DNA of 64,000 bases. Origin: Microthyrium microscopicum (taxonomy: Eukaryota). Below are positions 1-12,357 of the stretch, piece by piece. The stretch covers positions 406,627 to 470,626 of the forward strand of contig MU004230.1 in NCBI GenBank assembly GCA_010405405.1. The letters run 5' to 3'. The position numbers were made by a program, and so were the translations under genes. The number at the start of each line of letters is the position of its first letter. The stretch's first letter is position 1. The notes beneath the pieces are model-generated. The model searched no databases, had not been told where the DNA came from, and worked only from the letters and a program-made list of their open reading frames with translations.

Positions 1-886
1 AAGGTAGTGATGAAGCAAAATCGACACTGGCGAATCTAACAGCGCTCGGAAAAGATTAAAGTCAAGGGATGAGACGCAGGTGAGGTCACTATCTGCATCA
101 GTAGTCCAACAACCAACAGGAAAAGTTGTGGGAGTTGCAAGCGTCGTCTGTCGTCTGTCGCAGGCTGGCAAGGCGCAGGTCCGGGAAAGTAAAGTCCTAA
201 AAACGCTTTTCTGCAGCTAAACTCATCCTATCGCAGGCCTCTGCCTCTTATTAAGGCATTCTGATACGCCAATCTTGCGCGCGAGGCTCGTGCAAGAATG
301 TCAAATATGTCAAGGGGTCTTTGACTTTTCAGCCTATCAGTCTGGCGTTCCCAAAGGCGTGGTTGACCCGTCTGGTTTTTGCCTTGTTCAACAATTCTAT
401 CTTTGATTTATTCTCTCTCAACCACAATCCTTCCCTCAAGATTCCACGACGTCGGCTGGATTCCTTGCGCGGCTGTTTCGGCTGTAACTCGTGCCCGTAG
501 CTTCATACGTCCGCTGCACCAGTTCCTAATTGTACGTAAGCCAAGCCACATCAAAGATCTCAACGTCAGCTGAGGCTGTCCATGATCGTGACTTTCAACA
601 ATTGAGTCAAGAAACCCAACATCAGTCGACCTTTGATGCATTCGCTTAGCATCGCATCGGAGATTAGCTAAATTTGGCTCAACCTCTTTTTGGGACCCAG
701 GAGTGTTCCAGCCAGGCTGGATCCAGCGCTATCGCGCTTTTGAAACAGGTACAAAGGTACAACAGGGGACTTTTTCTGTACATGGCTAGACGCAGCCTTG
801 GGTCCCAAAGTCAAGATAGCCGCGCTGTTCTCCAAGAGATCCAGACGTGAAAACTTCGCCCTTCACCCCCTTATCGCGTTCCATCT

Positions 887-2743
887 ATGTCCGTCATGGA
901 AGAAGCACTTGAACAAATTCGGAACGAGCTGAAGCCTCAGGATAATACTGCGCGCCTTATGGGTCTTTTACGACTCCAAATACTCCTGAAAAATCACGAA
1001 GAAATGCTCCAAGATGCCACGGTGATGCAAAGCATGTGGCACGCAATACCCAAAATATATCTGATCCGTCTGTTGAAAGCTCGAGAATCAAAGAGCGTAT
1101 CTGCTGAAAATGCATCACAGATGAACCATTTGGCAGTTGCCATTATTCACACTTTTCTCGCTTCGCTGCAAAACGACGAAACAGTCGTCGAAGAAATGGC
1201 GACCAAGTTCGTCAAACCACTCGTGTCTCTTCTCTGCACTCAGCTGGACAGTCAGCTTGAACAAACACTCGCTTACCAAATACTGGGGCGATTAGTGCAG
1301 ACAAGAGCTGGTGCGATAAACTTTCTGCACGAAACTTGTACTGATCTCATGACGGTGCGATATCAGCAGGACGAGTGGCATTTCAACCACATCACGATCC
1401 TTCTTCGGGAGTGCTGGCGCTCTTTAGCGCAAGACACCGAAAAAATTGAGCTATGGGAAGCTCAGATAGTCATCTATATCGAGCATTTGACAGCTCGCCC
1501 AGATCCATCGCCAATGCTATCAATGCTCGCAGAAGTCATCCTAGACTCCAAGCACAGCAAAATCAGTCCTTGGATCTTACACGCCTTGCAGAAAGTCAAA
1601 GAGATATTCATAGCAAGTCCGACACAACCCATCTATCAGGCCACCATCTCCCTCACAGCCGCAATGCTAAGTCTTCCATCGCAAAGTAAGCCAATGCCAG
1701 AGCTTATTTTTAGCCAGACACCGCCCAACTTCACACCCCTCTTTCTCAAAATGATGCTCGCAGACGTCCAAGCAAGTATCCCAAGTTTAATGGAAACGCT
1801 TAACCTGCCGACTTACGCCGAAACTTCCCTCCGGCTAGCCAACACATATTCACTCATTGGCGGTGTATTACTCTTGATTGTAGATGCTGTCAAAAATGAT
1901 AATAGCATCAATATACCACCGTCCCAAATCCTTGAGATCCGCAGAGATTTGTCAGACACGTTTGGTTTAACTGTAGAATACTTTAGAGACAGATGGGACG
2001 CCTCGATTGCTGGGACTGCCGGACTACATCCCGAGACTCGTGCGGCTGAACAGACATCTACTACGAAACCACGGCTACTTGGCTGGGATGACTCGACGCA
2101 GCCGATTGGAAAGGATCCTATTTTCTACTGTGCGATGCAGAGTCTTGCGCTGTGGATCTGTGAGGATGAAGGACCGGATGTTCATCTGCAGACAATCGGC
2201 ATTATCGACGTATTACTAGGTCTCTATGGAATGAGTTGTAACGACGGCAACAACGATTTCAGACAACCGGTGTTGATGGTGTTTAGTGGTCTTTTTGGCG
2301 ATTTTGCGGAGGCCAGAAAGAGCTTTATTGAACTTGATGGCATGGAGGCACTTGTCAATGACACCATTTCTGCTCTGGCCCAGAAATCTCATGTCGATGT
2401 GTTGGAAGAGATGCTGCGTGTTCTTGACCAAGTAGTCGAGTCAAAAGAGGTCTACCTATCGCGCCTGGACTGGCTACGTCTAATCCCACTGATAAAAGGC
2501 ATTGGGAAGAAGCAGATGATAGCTGATCTCGGCGTGACCGTAGCAGCATTTCAGCTTGCCACTTCGCTGTACGCAAAGGCGCCGAAGAAGATGCAAGCCG
2601 CCCAAAAGCGAGACCTAGCAAGCATATATAAGAGCGCCAGTCAAGTACTCGATATGGACATGAAGCACAACTTTGCTGGACAAGAAGGATTAGTTGATGA
2701 ATTGCAGCGCATTATTGAGCGGTTACATGAATACGTTGATTAA
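887..2743 (+). CDS. Neurochondrin-like (DUF1941-type) helical-repeat protein
   Basis: Intact intronless 618-aa ORF; motifs such as 'YFRDRWDASIAG..GLHP' and 'LALWICEDE' resemble fungal neurochondrin homologues as I recall them. Confidence 0.7.
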   Translation: MSVMEEALEQIRNELKPQDNTARLMGLLRLQILLKNHEEMLQDATVMQSMWHAIPKIYLIRLLKARESKSVSAENASQMNHLAVAIIHTFLASLQNDETVVEEMATKFVKPLVSLLCTQLDSQLEQTLAYQILGRLVQTRAGAINFLHETCTDLMTVRYQQDEWHFNHITILLRECWRSLAQDTEKIELWEAQIVIYIEHLTARPDPSPMLSMLAEVILDSKHSKISPWILHALQKVKEIFIASPTQPIYQATISLTAAMLSLPSQSKPMPELIFSQTPPNFTPLFLKMMLADVQASIPSLMETLNLPTYAETSLRLANTYSLIGGVLLLIVDAVKNDNSINIPPSQILEIRRDLSDTFGLTVEYFRDRWDASIAGTAGLHPETRAAEQTSTTKPRLLGWDDSTQPIGKDPIFYCAMQSLALWICEDEGPDVHLQTIGIIDVLLGLYGMSCNDGNNDFRQPVLMVFSGLFGDFAEARKSFIELDGMEALVNDTISALAQKSHVDVLEEMLRVLDQVVESKEVYLSRLDWLRLIPLIKGIGKKQMIADLGVTVAAFQLATSLYAKAPKKMQAAQKRDLASIYKSASQVLDMDMKHNFAGQEGLVDELQRIIERLHEYVD

Positions 2744-2816
2744 CAATGCTTAAAACCAGTGTACATTATGCAGATGAATATATACAATGCAGTTTTCGCT
2801 AATCCTCCGTATGCTT

Positions 2817-4664
2817 CTAATCCTTTACATGTGATGAAGATGGCATCCTACGCATCACTCCAGATTCTCTGGATCTGCTCGTAACCACAAGTTCAATATC
2901 GTCCGCCGAGCCAGACTGTGGCTCTGAAACTCCGTTTTCTATGCCCTTTTTTCTATCTTCATCGTCTTCGGGTGTGCCGTCGTAGCAAGCCCATGCGTCA
3001 ACGTATCTCAAAGTCTCTCGGTTCCAGACTCTGTTCATTATCAACAAGCGTAGTGGAACTAGGAGGATGATGATGATTGGGAATGCAGGTCCGACTTTTG
3101 TTAGTGTCATTATGAAGATGCCAGTGGTAAGCGCGATTTGTGTCAGCGTATATGCGTGAATAGACCAGTAGGACTTTATGGTCGATGGAAGAGGGTCCAG
3201 GTCCGAAGATGGTGTGAGTAAGTAGAATGTGCGGAACAGTATTGGACTATAAGACGTTAGTGGAATGATTCGAGCAGATTGTTTGATTTGACTCACTTAA
3301 CGGCTAGACTCTGCTCCCCCATGAATAGAAACAGCCCTGCCAACACACTCGTCGGCGTCAATCCAAGGACTTTCATCAGTGGTGGGCTGACGAAAATCAG
3401 GATGCCAGCGGCGTGCAAGAAATGGCTCCAGCGTTGCTCATACACTCTTTGAGAGCCGCGAATGCTTGATCGCAGTGAGCCATTACTTTCTTGCGTCTCA
3501 ATACGTTCCTTGTCATAGTGCATCAAGCTTTCCGAGTGTAGCGGCGCCTGTGGTAAAAGTCCATTGGCAGGTGGAATACCCAATATACCGCACAATGCTG
3601 TAGTCGTTCCAAGCAAGACGATATCCCACGCGAATCCACCAGGTTTTCGGGTTCCGTAGCGCGAAATGGTGCAGATGATGCTAGATACTTCGTGGTCAAA
3701 GAAGAAGAGCACAGTAATGATAAAGCCTGGGATCATGGACGCGAATATCCATGCGATTGGCAGCTCCCAAAAGCGTACGAAGAAAATAGTTCGATCCGGG
3801 CTGGTGGGACGGAAAGATGTGCTGACTTGCAGTGTCTGTTTGTCGAGAGAAGCAAGTTCGCCAATGTGTGGGATGCCGATAAAGAGGATAATACTGATGG
3901 CAGCGGCGTATTCGCGAAGTCCCATCCGAATATACTTGTGGAACAGAGGTTTCCATGATTCTGCGCTCGAGAGGAAGACAGCCAGGATGAACGTCCCAAT
4001 TGCACCTATGACTGAGTATAGGAAAGCTGCGAATGATAAACTCGCATGCGCACGCTCAAGTTCTTGAACGGCTTTGTGGAAGTAAATGATACTGTTGAGC
4101 AGGGAGAAGATCTCAGTTGAAAAAGTCGTAACATATCTCATCGTCCAGTCATGGGCGTTGAATATGGCCAAGAGATAGTGCATCCAGGCAGAATGTATTA
4201 GCGACCATGCCATAAATGGCAGAAATGGAACCTTGAAAGCAGTCTGACATAGCGAGTATATATTCTCGGCCAGAATTGAGAAAGGGCCAGTCACGCCGAG
4301 GATGGTGAGAGGCTGAATTGCAAGTCTAAAGTCATTAGCAAACTGTACTGAACCGCTTTATATCAACTTGAACCTACACAGAAAATATAATTCCACAAAG
4401 CCCAGTACTGAAAACAACTTCAATTGTTCCCCAATTTTGTCCAGTCAGAACGTAAAGATCACTCGCAAAGGTAATTCCTGGTAATAGATTGGTGAAAAAG
4501 ACATAAACGGCGCTGGCGACAACGAGCTGATTGAAAACTTTCCAATCGGACACATAACGCCGGGGTAAATTCTTCCAGTCTTGCTTCAGTAGTCGAAATG
4601 GTCTAAGAGCTCCTTCAGGTCGAAACCAGTGTGCCACTCGGTTTTTGACTTGATGAACAGGCAT
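2817..4664 (-). CDS. BOR1: HCO3-/borate transporter (SLC4/Bor1 family), 3 exons
   Basis: ORFs 4374-4664, 3293-4294 and 2817-3296 join via introns 4326-4377 and 3247-3296; motifs 'FFTNLLPGITFA', 'QPLTILGVTGP', 'FFFDH', 'NGLLPQAPLH', 'VYEQRWS'. Confidence 0.9.
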
Positions 4665-5291
4665 GACTATCGTCTTTCGCAGTCCTCGAACAAAGAGCCT
4701 GCGAAAGCGACCTAAAGGAAGGTGTGAACAAGCTGGCCGTCCCGGAGGGTTTTATGGCCAACGGTTTGCCATCGTGGCGGGGACTGCAGGTACTTCAGCC
4801 GATGTACTCTATTGTTTACGGTGTAGTTCGCGAGAGACGTTTGATGATGCCATTGGGCCGTGTTAACCTTGCTCCCTGTGCTTAGAGCCTTGGAGGGAAG
4901 TTAGAGAAGAGACTAACAAGTAGTTCTGCAGCTTATATTGTTAGTTGAGTTGAAGAATGCATCAAATCTACCCAGGCGGTTTACCCCGGAAGTGGGGCTA
5001 CGTCATTCCGGCCAATAAGCTTTTTTTAATAGACGTCCGTGCACACATCGCGACTTTTTTTTTGGTGTTGAGTTGCAACCGCGTCTGATTCGAAACAGCG
5101 ACAGACAACTTCAAAATTCCATTATCAAGATCCGTTGTGCTCTGCCGCTTAATCCGATCAGGATATCTCATTTCTGACGGAATAATGCTGGGTTTGTCAA
5201 GCTTCTGTACTGAAGAGTGCTTCGAGTTTCTAAATACGACCACCGCAGTTCTAGGAGACACATTTCCAAACTCAATTCGAGCCAAAACAAG

Positions 5292-6341
5292 ATGGCAGCC
5301 TCATTCATACCAAGAGCCATCTTCCCTACCCTCGATAATCTCCCAAGATCCTACTTTCTTGGCCATCACAAGTCCGCCCTGGACAAAATGAAACGGCTGC
5401 TCTCCTCCACTGATCTCGTACTCGAAGTCCGCGACTACCGTATACCCCTAAGCTCGCGAAATCCCCTACTAGACGAAGCAATTGAAGGAAAGAAACGCAT
5501 AATAATATATACAAAGAGGGATCTTGGAAGTAGCGGCTCGAAAGAAGAAGGCTTGCGCGACGACATTGTTAGAGAATGGAACTATCCCGATCCAGTCCAT
5601 TTCGTCAGCGGAGGCAAGATACCAACACTCAAAAAGTCTGCAAAAGCACTCATATCCTCAATTCAATCTGCCGCCAGAGATCGAGATGCGCTCACGCCAA
5701 CCACGATGTTAATAATTGGCATGCCAAATGTTGGAAAATCCACACTGCTGAACGGGCTGCGGTTCCAGGGAACGGGGAACCGCAAAAAGGCAGCAATCAC
5801 AGGCGGACAGCCAGGTATCACGCGCAGGATATCTGAAGTCGTCAAGATCATCTCCGGGGCCACGGAAGCCGAAAGTGTCTACACAAGGGACACGCCAGGC
5901 GTCTTTGTTCCCTACGTCAACGATCCAGAAACAATGCTGAAATTGGCGCTTTGTAACTGCGTGAAGGATTCGATTATTTCACCGGTTACTGTGGCCGATT
6001 ACTGTCTATTTCGAATGAATCTCATTGATCCTTTGATATACGCGAATGACTACAAACCTACCAACGATATTCTGGAGCTACTCACAACGTTAGCACGCAA
6101 ACTAGGTCGCTTGAAGGAAGAAGGCGTACCAGATCTGGATGCGGCAGCCATCTGGTTCATACAAGCCTGGCGAGATGGCAAACGTGGAAAATTTATACTG
6201 GATGATGTCAGTCCTGAAGCGCTTCAAAAGCGCATAGATGAGGAGTCAGCAGCACCGCCTAGTATGACACAGGCGCGGAAGATATGGAAGCATGATATGC
6301 TGCAGGCTGCTCGGATGAAGGCTTCATCTAGTGACCGCTAG
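5292..6341 (+). CDS. MTG1: Mitochondrial ribosome-associated circularly permuted GTPase (YlqF/RbgA family)
   Basis: ATG at 5292 (MAASFIPR); 'YFLGHH', 'EVRDYRIPLSSRNP', G4 'TKRD', G1 'GMPNVGKS', G2 'PGITR', G3 'DTPG' in permuted order. Confidence 0.93.
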   Translation: MAASFIPRAIFPTLDNLPRSYFLGHHKSALDKMKRLLSSTDLVLEVRDYRIPLSSRNPLLDEAIEGKKRIIIYTKRDLGSSGSKEEGLRDDIVREWNYPDPVHFVSGGKIPTLKKSAKALISSIQSAARDRDALTPTTMLIIGMPNVGKSTLLNGLRFQGTGNRKKAAITGGQPGITRRISEVVKIISGATEAESVYTRDTPGVFVPYVNDPETMLKLALCNCVKDSIISPVTVADYCLFRMNLIDPLIYANDYKPTNDILELLTTLARKLGRLKEEGVPDLDAAAIWFIQAWRDGKRGKFILDDVSPEALQKRIDEESAAPPSMTQARKIWKHDMLQAARMKASSSDR

Positions 6342-6582
6342 GAGTTTGTTCATGTTGCATAGCACAGTATGGTCTACGTTTTATACCCAATTTCGAATCT
6401 TCACTCATAGTTCAAAAGAAAGCCTCAACTATAGCACTGCTCAATTACGAAGAAATGTTGCAGTTGTAATATATTCATCATAAAAGCTGTGATATATACG
6501 ACCACTGCCCCACAACGAAACAGCAGTTACCACAACCCATATCATACATCATTATCATACATCATAATTCCACCCTCACACT

Positions 6583-7082
6583 CTAAACTCTAGGATTCGC
6601 ATCACGCGTTCCCATCACATTCCCCTGCAAGTTCGCACTATTACCAGAAAGTGGATTCTGCTGCTGATACGTCGCATCCCCAGTGCCCACATGTCCACCC
6701 TCACCCTGCACATCCCGACGCGCACGCTCCGACGCAGTATCCGCTGGAGTCACGCCCGCGCCTGGGAACTCTCCGTGGCCCTGGTAGTGGCCTGTGTCAA
6801 GCTCGTTCATGCCGCGGTCTGTGACGGCGCGGGACTTGGTGTCGTCGGTGTGGGTGACGTCGTCGGCGAAGGTGTTGACGTTGCCGCGGATGGCTTCGCC
6901 TAGGCCCTGAGAGGAGTGTTAGTATTTTGGCTAGGCGTTTGAGGGATGGTTGGGTGAGGTATTGTGGGTATGCTCAAGTGGAGGGATGTACTTACATGTA
7001 TCTTTGTGAGGCCAGATTTGATGGCGTTGCCGGCGGAGCCGCCGGCGTTGCTGGATGTGTGTCCGGATGTGTTGTCGTTCAT
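6583..7082 (-). CDS. Small hydrophilic fungal hypothetical protein (2 exons)
   Basis: ATG 7082 (MNDNTSGH...KIH), intron 6907-6995 (GTAAGT...CAG), continuing 'GLGEAIRGNVNTFADD...' in frame into ORF 6583-6810. Confidence 0.75.
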
Positions 7083-7390
7083 GTTGAAGTTTGAGTTTGA
7101 GTTTGGTATGAGATCTTTAGTTGGTGAAGTGGTTGGGAAGAGAGATGAAGGATACAGAAGCAATGGGTTATAAAATGCGCGCGCTCAAGAAGGCTCTTGT
7201 TTGTACTTGGGTGACGTCACATCAGCCTTGTGCTGGAACAAAGCAAGAGGCTGAAAGCTTCATGACAGCACCTTGCATCATGATCGCTCGATCTCGAGTA
7301 GCCTAGCCGGATTTAATTAATGAGCTTGAATACATGTGAATGGAAGGAGTCTGGTGTAACTTTCTAGAGCCATTTGTTATTTTTTCCCCT

Positions 7391-10055
7391 CTAGGATGGA
7401 TAATACCAGCTATATTGTAGGGATGGATCGACCAAATCACCACCTTCAGCACCAGCTTGAGCTGTGTTACCAAAATCAAACTCGTTTAATTGTGCCATTG
7501 GCTGCTGCTGCTGATTCTGTGCAAAAGTATCCAGCATTTGCTACGATCATTTCAGTTTGACTATACCAGCAGAAGAAGTGTATGACTTGAAAATGCTCAC
7601 CCAATTTATCGTTTGATTGGATTCCAGGTTCAATATATCGCCTATTGGCTCAAACACATTGAATAGACCAGATGCTGCAAAGTTGGCAGGTTCTTGCGAT
7701 ATTCTCGGGTTGGCATCGATTACTGATGTTGCTGCAACTGATGGAGTTACATATGGAAGGCTTTGTGGTGACAACGTGTTCGAAGACACTTGAAAGGATC
7801 AGTATATAAGACCTTTGGATATATCTGAGAGCATTTCAACTTACCGGGACTTTCAATAGCCTTATTAAGTATAATCCTCAAAGCCTCCAATGCTTTTACA
7901 GGAACTCTGCTTTTTGTGCCTGGTGTAATATACGTCTGGTACGTGCATTCAAGCAAAGCTTTCATAGATGCTATGCGTTCTGGTGACGAGCTTTCTCCAT
8001 CTGTTTGCTTCTTACGCAGACGAATCAACTCCAAGCAGAGAATCATAGCACAGAGCAAGAAGTCGTGGACAGAGAATATGTCCAAGAAGAAGGGAAGGCT
8101 CTCGAGTTGACCGCCAGGCTGACTAGCTCGATGGACGGTATCCAGATGACTGAGGAGTTTCATTGCGGCATCAACGCATTTGTTTCGAAATGGTTCTTCA
8201 GCGGGACTGCAAGATCTTTCGTCCAAATATCGTCGAAACAAGACAAGCCGGGATTTATAGTATAAAAGATGCAGCTTGAATCGGTTGAAGATCTGTGCAG
8301 GTGGATCAAGGATACATTGATGCAAACTGTCATAAGTTAGCTAAGTGCCAACAATACCTAAGCTGAAAGGTTGTTATATCCGCGCTTTCGAGTCTCGAAG
8401 AGTCCAAAATGGATTGTAAGCGTACCTCAGGAACTTGAGCGAATCTGGAATCGCATTGTATGCTACATCTAGCTCCTTGTCCAGAGCCGTCACTTCATCA
8501 AAGTTTGGATGTTCCACAGCATGAGATACATCTGCTGCTCGGGCAAAGAGTCTCGATATAGTTGCTTTGACTATAATAAAGGCTACTGCGGTTAGCTCCA
8601 CGAATGGTCTTCCTTGGGGTAACTCTTTGGTATCCGGTCCAAAGTCGCCGTCCTGACAGGTGTTAGGTATATTCTCATGATATTACATTCAATATCAAGC
8701 TGGATGAAAGAACTTACCTGTAAGTTCCGAGGCAGCTTGGTGTCGCATTGCATATCTCTTATCATAGAAGGAAGTCCTACAGAAAACGAGAGCAGATGAT
8801 CGAATATTGTTATATTGTGCCAGATTCTCCGTCGCATCTCTCCTTCGAAAGGCGTCAAGAATGGGTAATAAGATGGGTCTCGGTGATATCCCATCTTTAG
8901 GCAAAGGCGTAAAAGTACGCCACAGATTATCCAGATTCTAAATTGATCATCTGCGTGACTTCGTACGTGTATGCTGCCAATGTGCATTACCAGTGCCTCT
9001 ATCACGTACTTCTGAGGCCGTGTAATATCTGAGACTTTGTTAGCAGCAACTCCTGATCCGGTTACACATCAAACATGGAATCAATACCTGATAATACTAA
9101 AGCCTCATTAGCCAGACTGATAAATTTCTCTGCGTTGTTGTCATTGTTGGCTGTATTTCCTTCCGTGTTTTTGTGGAACCTTGCCATGGAAGAGCCGAGT
9201 GATAGCATTGAGAAGAACAAAGCTAGCCAAACCGTTGGTGTTTTTGATGGGTTCTCGAGATATTGGTCATACTAGCAGTCAATTAGAATCGAGATTCAGC
9301 TTCAGACTCAAAGCTCATCGGCATGGTGTCAAACCTCTTTGGAAAATGTCGGTCTGTGAATTGAAGCTAAAGGGGTTAGCCATACAACTTTGACGTCAAT
9401 AGGTACGATTGGTCTTACGAGTTAACGGATTGGTAGAGTTGAATAGATGCCATAACAACTTCTCGCTTACTTCCCTCGGAGGACAACACTTCAAAAGATA
9501 CTCTCGCGTAACTGTAGGTCTTCCTAGCACCAAAAGTCGATCCTCAGGAGATGGCGACGGTGTCCGAAACGCTTCAGTACCCAAGGCAGCCTTCAACTCA
9601 CTGATTCCCGCAAGCACAGCCTCCCAATGAGTTGAACCAACATAACTAGTCTCTCCATTCGAAGTCTGCAGTTTTCCAAGAGTTCCAGTACCCACCAGAT
9701 CATCCCGGCCCGGCGATTCCCCAAAAGTGCTCTCTGGTGTATGCTGCTGAACACTTTCAGTCGTCTCCTCCCGGCCGTCCGCAGTCGGGCTTTGATCGTT
9801 ATTCATCATCTGAATAAGAAGGGTTTCCAGGTGGCTTATTCTCTCCTTGGTACTCATTGGACGTCTCGGCTTCTTCTTCGGCGGAGGAAGATAAGTACAT
9901 GATGAATCCCGCGCTCTCTTCAAACACTGATCGCATGGCTGTTGTCTATCGCATTTGAGTTTCCCGGTTCGACATGGCATACAGCTTAGTTGCTGTCTGG
10001 CCCGTTTCTGTACATGGGCCGTGTTGCTTCCATTATCCGCCCTCTGGTTCGTCAT
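7391..10055 (-). CDS. Zn(II)2Cys6 fungal transcription factor with fungal-specific middle homology domain, multi-exon
   Basis: 'SCMPCRTGKLKCDRQQPCDQCLKR..SSC' binuclear cluster; 'HRPTFSKE|Y', 'MGYHRDP', 'EGEMRRRIW'; several introns (e.g. 9272-9334, 7541-7600); last exon ends TAG at 7391-7393. Confidence 0.92.
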
Positions 10056-10779
10056 GGTTGTTCACACTCTAGGCCAACAGCTCGGTGTTCGATGCACTTC
10101 TTGGAAGAGTTAATGCGATGTCCGGTCCTAGATGATCCTGAGCAGTGGTTGACTGATGCGCCTGTTTGGGTGTTTCCGTGCAATCCGCATATAGAATAGC
10201 CGGGTGATTGCTGGTCGTTGAAGTTGAGTGAGGTACTCTAGGGTTCGTTGTCGTTGAAAACATCAGCCCCACCCCATGTGGGGATCACCATATCCAAAAG
10301 TTATTGGCTTAATTTGGAATGAAAACAAGGCTGGAGCCTTATACTTCTCCTTCAAATGGTCCATTTCAAGCTTGGAATCCCATTTATCTGCGTACTTATA
10401 GTTGTACTATATGTCATGCGCCTCCAGCAACTTGTCGATCGTCGTGTTGTTTCTTGTCCACTGCCACCTGACCAAGGCCCAATATTCTCAGTCCACCGAG
10501 AACAGTAGAACTCAAGAGTAAGATTGATTTGACTTTATTCATTCGGTATTATATTAAACATATAACATTCTCTGAGACTCTGCCAATGCAAGCCTGTAGT
10601 CCACATACACCATGTATCCGGGCAATATATTCCCACATCCGATCCCACAACAAAGAAATTTGGGGTATATGCATGCAATCCAAACCAACATCTCCACGTC
10701 GCCGTGGCCCTCATAACTAGTATACATGCAAGAAAGTAGTTCATCGTTCGTCATATCGTTAAAGCGTATCATCATATTG

Positions 10780-12357
10780 TCAGCTTCTCCTTACCCACTC
10801 CTCATCATCTTCCTCGTCACCGAGTAACCCGCCTACATCCTGCAGTGTCGCTGGCGTACCAGCTCGTGTACTCGTATCGCTCATGCTGCGCACATGCTGT
10901 CGATTGCTTGGAGGTATATCTGTCGGCCCGATATCTTCGTCCGCTAATGTACTCGCTCTTGAGGACGCGCGCGCAAGGAGACCGCCAGGATCGCTGAATG
11001 TCACTGTCTTGACGAGCGGTCTCATGGCCTCGAGTGGCGAGAGCGCTGGTGTGCTCGCCTTTCGGCGTGGTTTACTTGATGCGCGGCGACTTGTGCTGGC
11101 TGGACTTGGACTTGCGCTCGTGTGTCGTGAGATATCGGCTTGCAGGACAGGGCGCGCTGGTCGATGTGCTGGTGTTTCCTCGCCAGCTTCTGCGCGCGCT
11201 AGGTCTGAGCGGTAGCACATTCCTGAGAAGAGATCTTCGTCCGAGCCGCAATCGAGGCGCGAAATCGTCTGGCGGCGCGGGCTATTGGGCGCATCGCCAG
11301 TGGATGTAGAAGCTGCGCGAGTGCCGGTGGCAGTATTATTGCCAGTGTCGCTCATGAGGGAGGAGCGCCATTTTGGCTTCTTGACACCGCGGTCGCGCAA
11401 AAAGGAGCCGAGGATCACGGCGTTGGAGGCGGCGGCAGCAGCGAGTATTTCACCGGAAGCGTAGACAGTGCGACGTTGCTGAAGACCCTGGTGTTGGACG
11501 ACGGAGACGACTCGCCAGGCGGTAACGATGATGTTGACGCCAGACAAGATGAACAGCAGCCCGAGTTTGACGCGGCGCAAAAGGGGCATCCCGGAGGCTG
11601 GCAGGAGGATGGTTAGCGGGAAGATGAGGAGGAGAATGTCAGTGATGATGTCGGCTGTGGCCATGGTGAAGAGTTGCGCATAGGCTTGTCGGCAATGGGG
11701 GCCTGGATCAGGTACGACCTGCCAATAGTGATCAACAGGTTGGCATTCCGAGAGAATTGCAATTACGACGCCGACGAAGCTGGCGCAGAGAAAGATTCGG
11801 ATGCCATGTAGGAACATCTGATACCTGGGTGTCCACAACGGAGCGGCTAGACGCTTAAGAAACTCGGAAACGGTGAATTTGGCGGTCCAGATACTGTGGA
11901 TGATGTTAGACATCGGAACCGAATATTAAACAAAACGTGTTCGTTTCCAAAAATTTGGAACGAAACGAAAAAAATGTGGTCCCACTTACAACATGGCATA
12001 GAACACTCTAGCAGCCAGCACCAACCGAGATCCAATACTGCGTTGATAAATCTCCTGATCCGTTAACCCACGAGAAATATCGTAGTTATTTGTACCCCAT
12101 ATCATAACCACATGAATCAAAGCCATTCTTATCAACAGTGGTATCATGCTAAGAAACATGACTTTATCTTCCGGAAATAGTTCATTGGTTCTTAATTTCC
12201 TCCCCATTAACCGCACCAGAATAATGACGACTGTTGATATTGTGCAGAACCATGAGAAGAGCAGGGTTGGATTGTTGTCAAATTTAGACTGACTTCCAGG
12301 CGGGGGATCCGAGTACAGGCTTCTTTTTATAAACGGTAAATTCATTGCCAGATCCAT
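10780..12357 (-). CDS. PTH11-like / rhodopsin-domain integral membrane protein (2 exons)
   Basis: Multiple TM helices, 'ECQPVDHYWQVVPDPGPHCRQ', 'DIITDILLLIFP'; intron ~11892-11988; disordered C-tail. Confidence 0.85.
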
